DNA of 63,394 nt. It comes from a virus. Taxonomy: Duplodnaviria; Caudoviricetes. The stretch is from positions 1 through 63,394 of IMG/VR virus record IMGVR_UViG_3300030060_002858. One strand, written 5' to 3'. Position numbers and translations under genes: made by a program. Under the pieces are notes generated by a model. It saw only the letters and a list, made by a program, of their open reading frames with translations. It did no database searches and was not told where the DNA came from. Shown here in pieces: positions 63,198-63,394 of the stretch (its first letter is position 1; the number at the start of each line of letters is the position of its first letter).

Positions 63198-63394
63198 ATG
63201 CCCCAGAGCATCGACATGACCCCACTTCCTCCCAAGGAGAAGAAGCCCCACTGGTCTCAGAGGGACTTGACTCCCAAAGAGGTGATCAACCTCGTCTCCA
63301 ACTGCCGTAAGGCGATGGGACAGAGCAACGACTGGTCTCCTGCCCACAAGCAGGCACTGGTTGCCAAGGCCGCAGAGCACGGCATCACCCTCAA
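63198..63394 (+). CDS. hypothetical protein, N-terminal part (runs off the window end)
   Basis: GGAG RBS; MPQSIDMTPLPPKEKKPHWSQRDLTPKEV... open to the window end; GC-rich codons. Confidence 0.6.
   Translation, partial: MPQSIDMTPLPPKEKKPHWSQRDLTPKEVINLVSNCRKAMGQSNDWSPAHKQALVAKAAEHGITL

Overview
This window is most of the genome of a T7-like (Autographiviridae-type) podophage, and all credible genes are on the + strand. From left to right: an accessory region (partial C5 methyltransferase, two paralogous Zn deaminases, thyX, five tRNAs matching A/T-rich codons, DUF932); a canonical T7-type RNA polymerase; a replication and nucleotide module (SSB, RusA, primase-helicase, sulfotransferase-like protein, Pol A, dNMP kinase, exonuclease, class II RNR); morphogenesis genes (portal, scaffold, capsid, tail tubes, beta-helix spike, terminases); and large internal virion proteins ending in a 4559-aa giant. 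At about 60 kb the DNA switches abruptly to GC-rich, probably the first-injected early region. The most striking observation is up to three T7-superfamily RNA polymerases. The first is the canonical 818-aa enzyme. The second is a highly divergent, N-terminally short 612-aa enzyme in the GC-rich region with all catalytic motifs intact. The third is a set of RNAP motifs (A, DxY, B and a GRTYP..NPLG block, in non-canonical order) inside the giant virion protein, which also carries a zincin HExxH motif. Hairpin-dense non-coding DNA flanks the second RNAP. A Phycisphaerae-type dockerin-like repeat hints at a GC-rich planctomycete host. All calls come from motif recognition by eye; no database searches were run.
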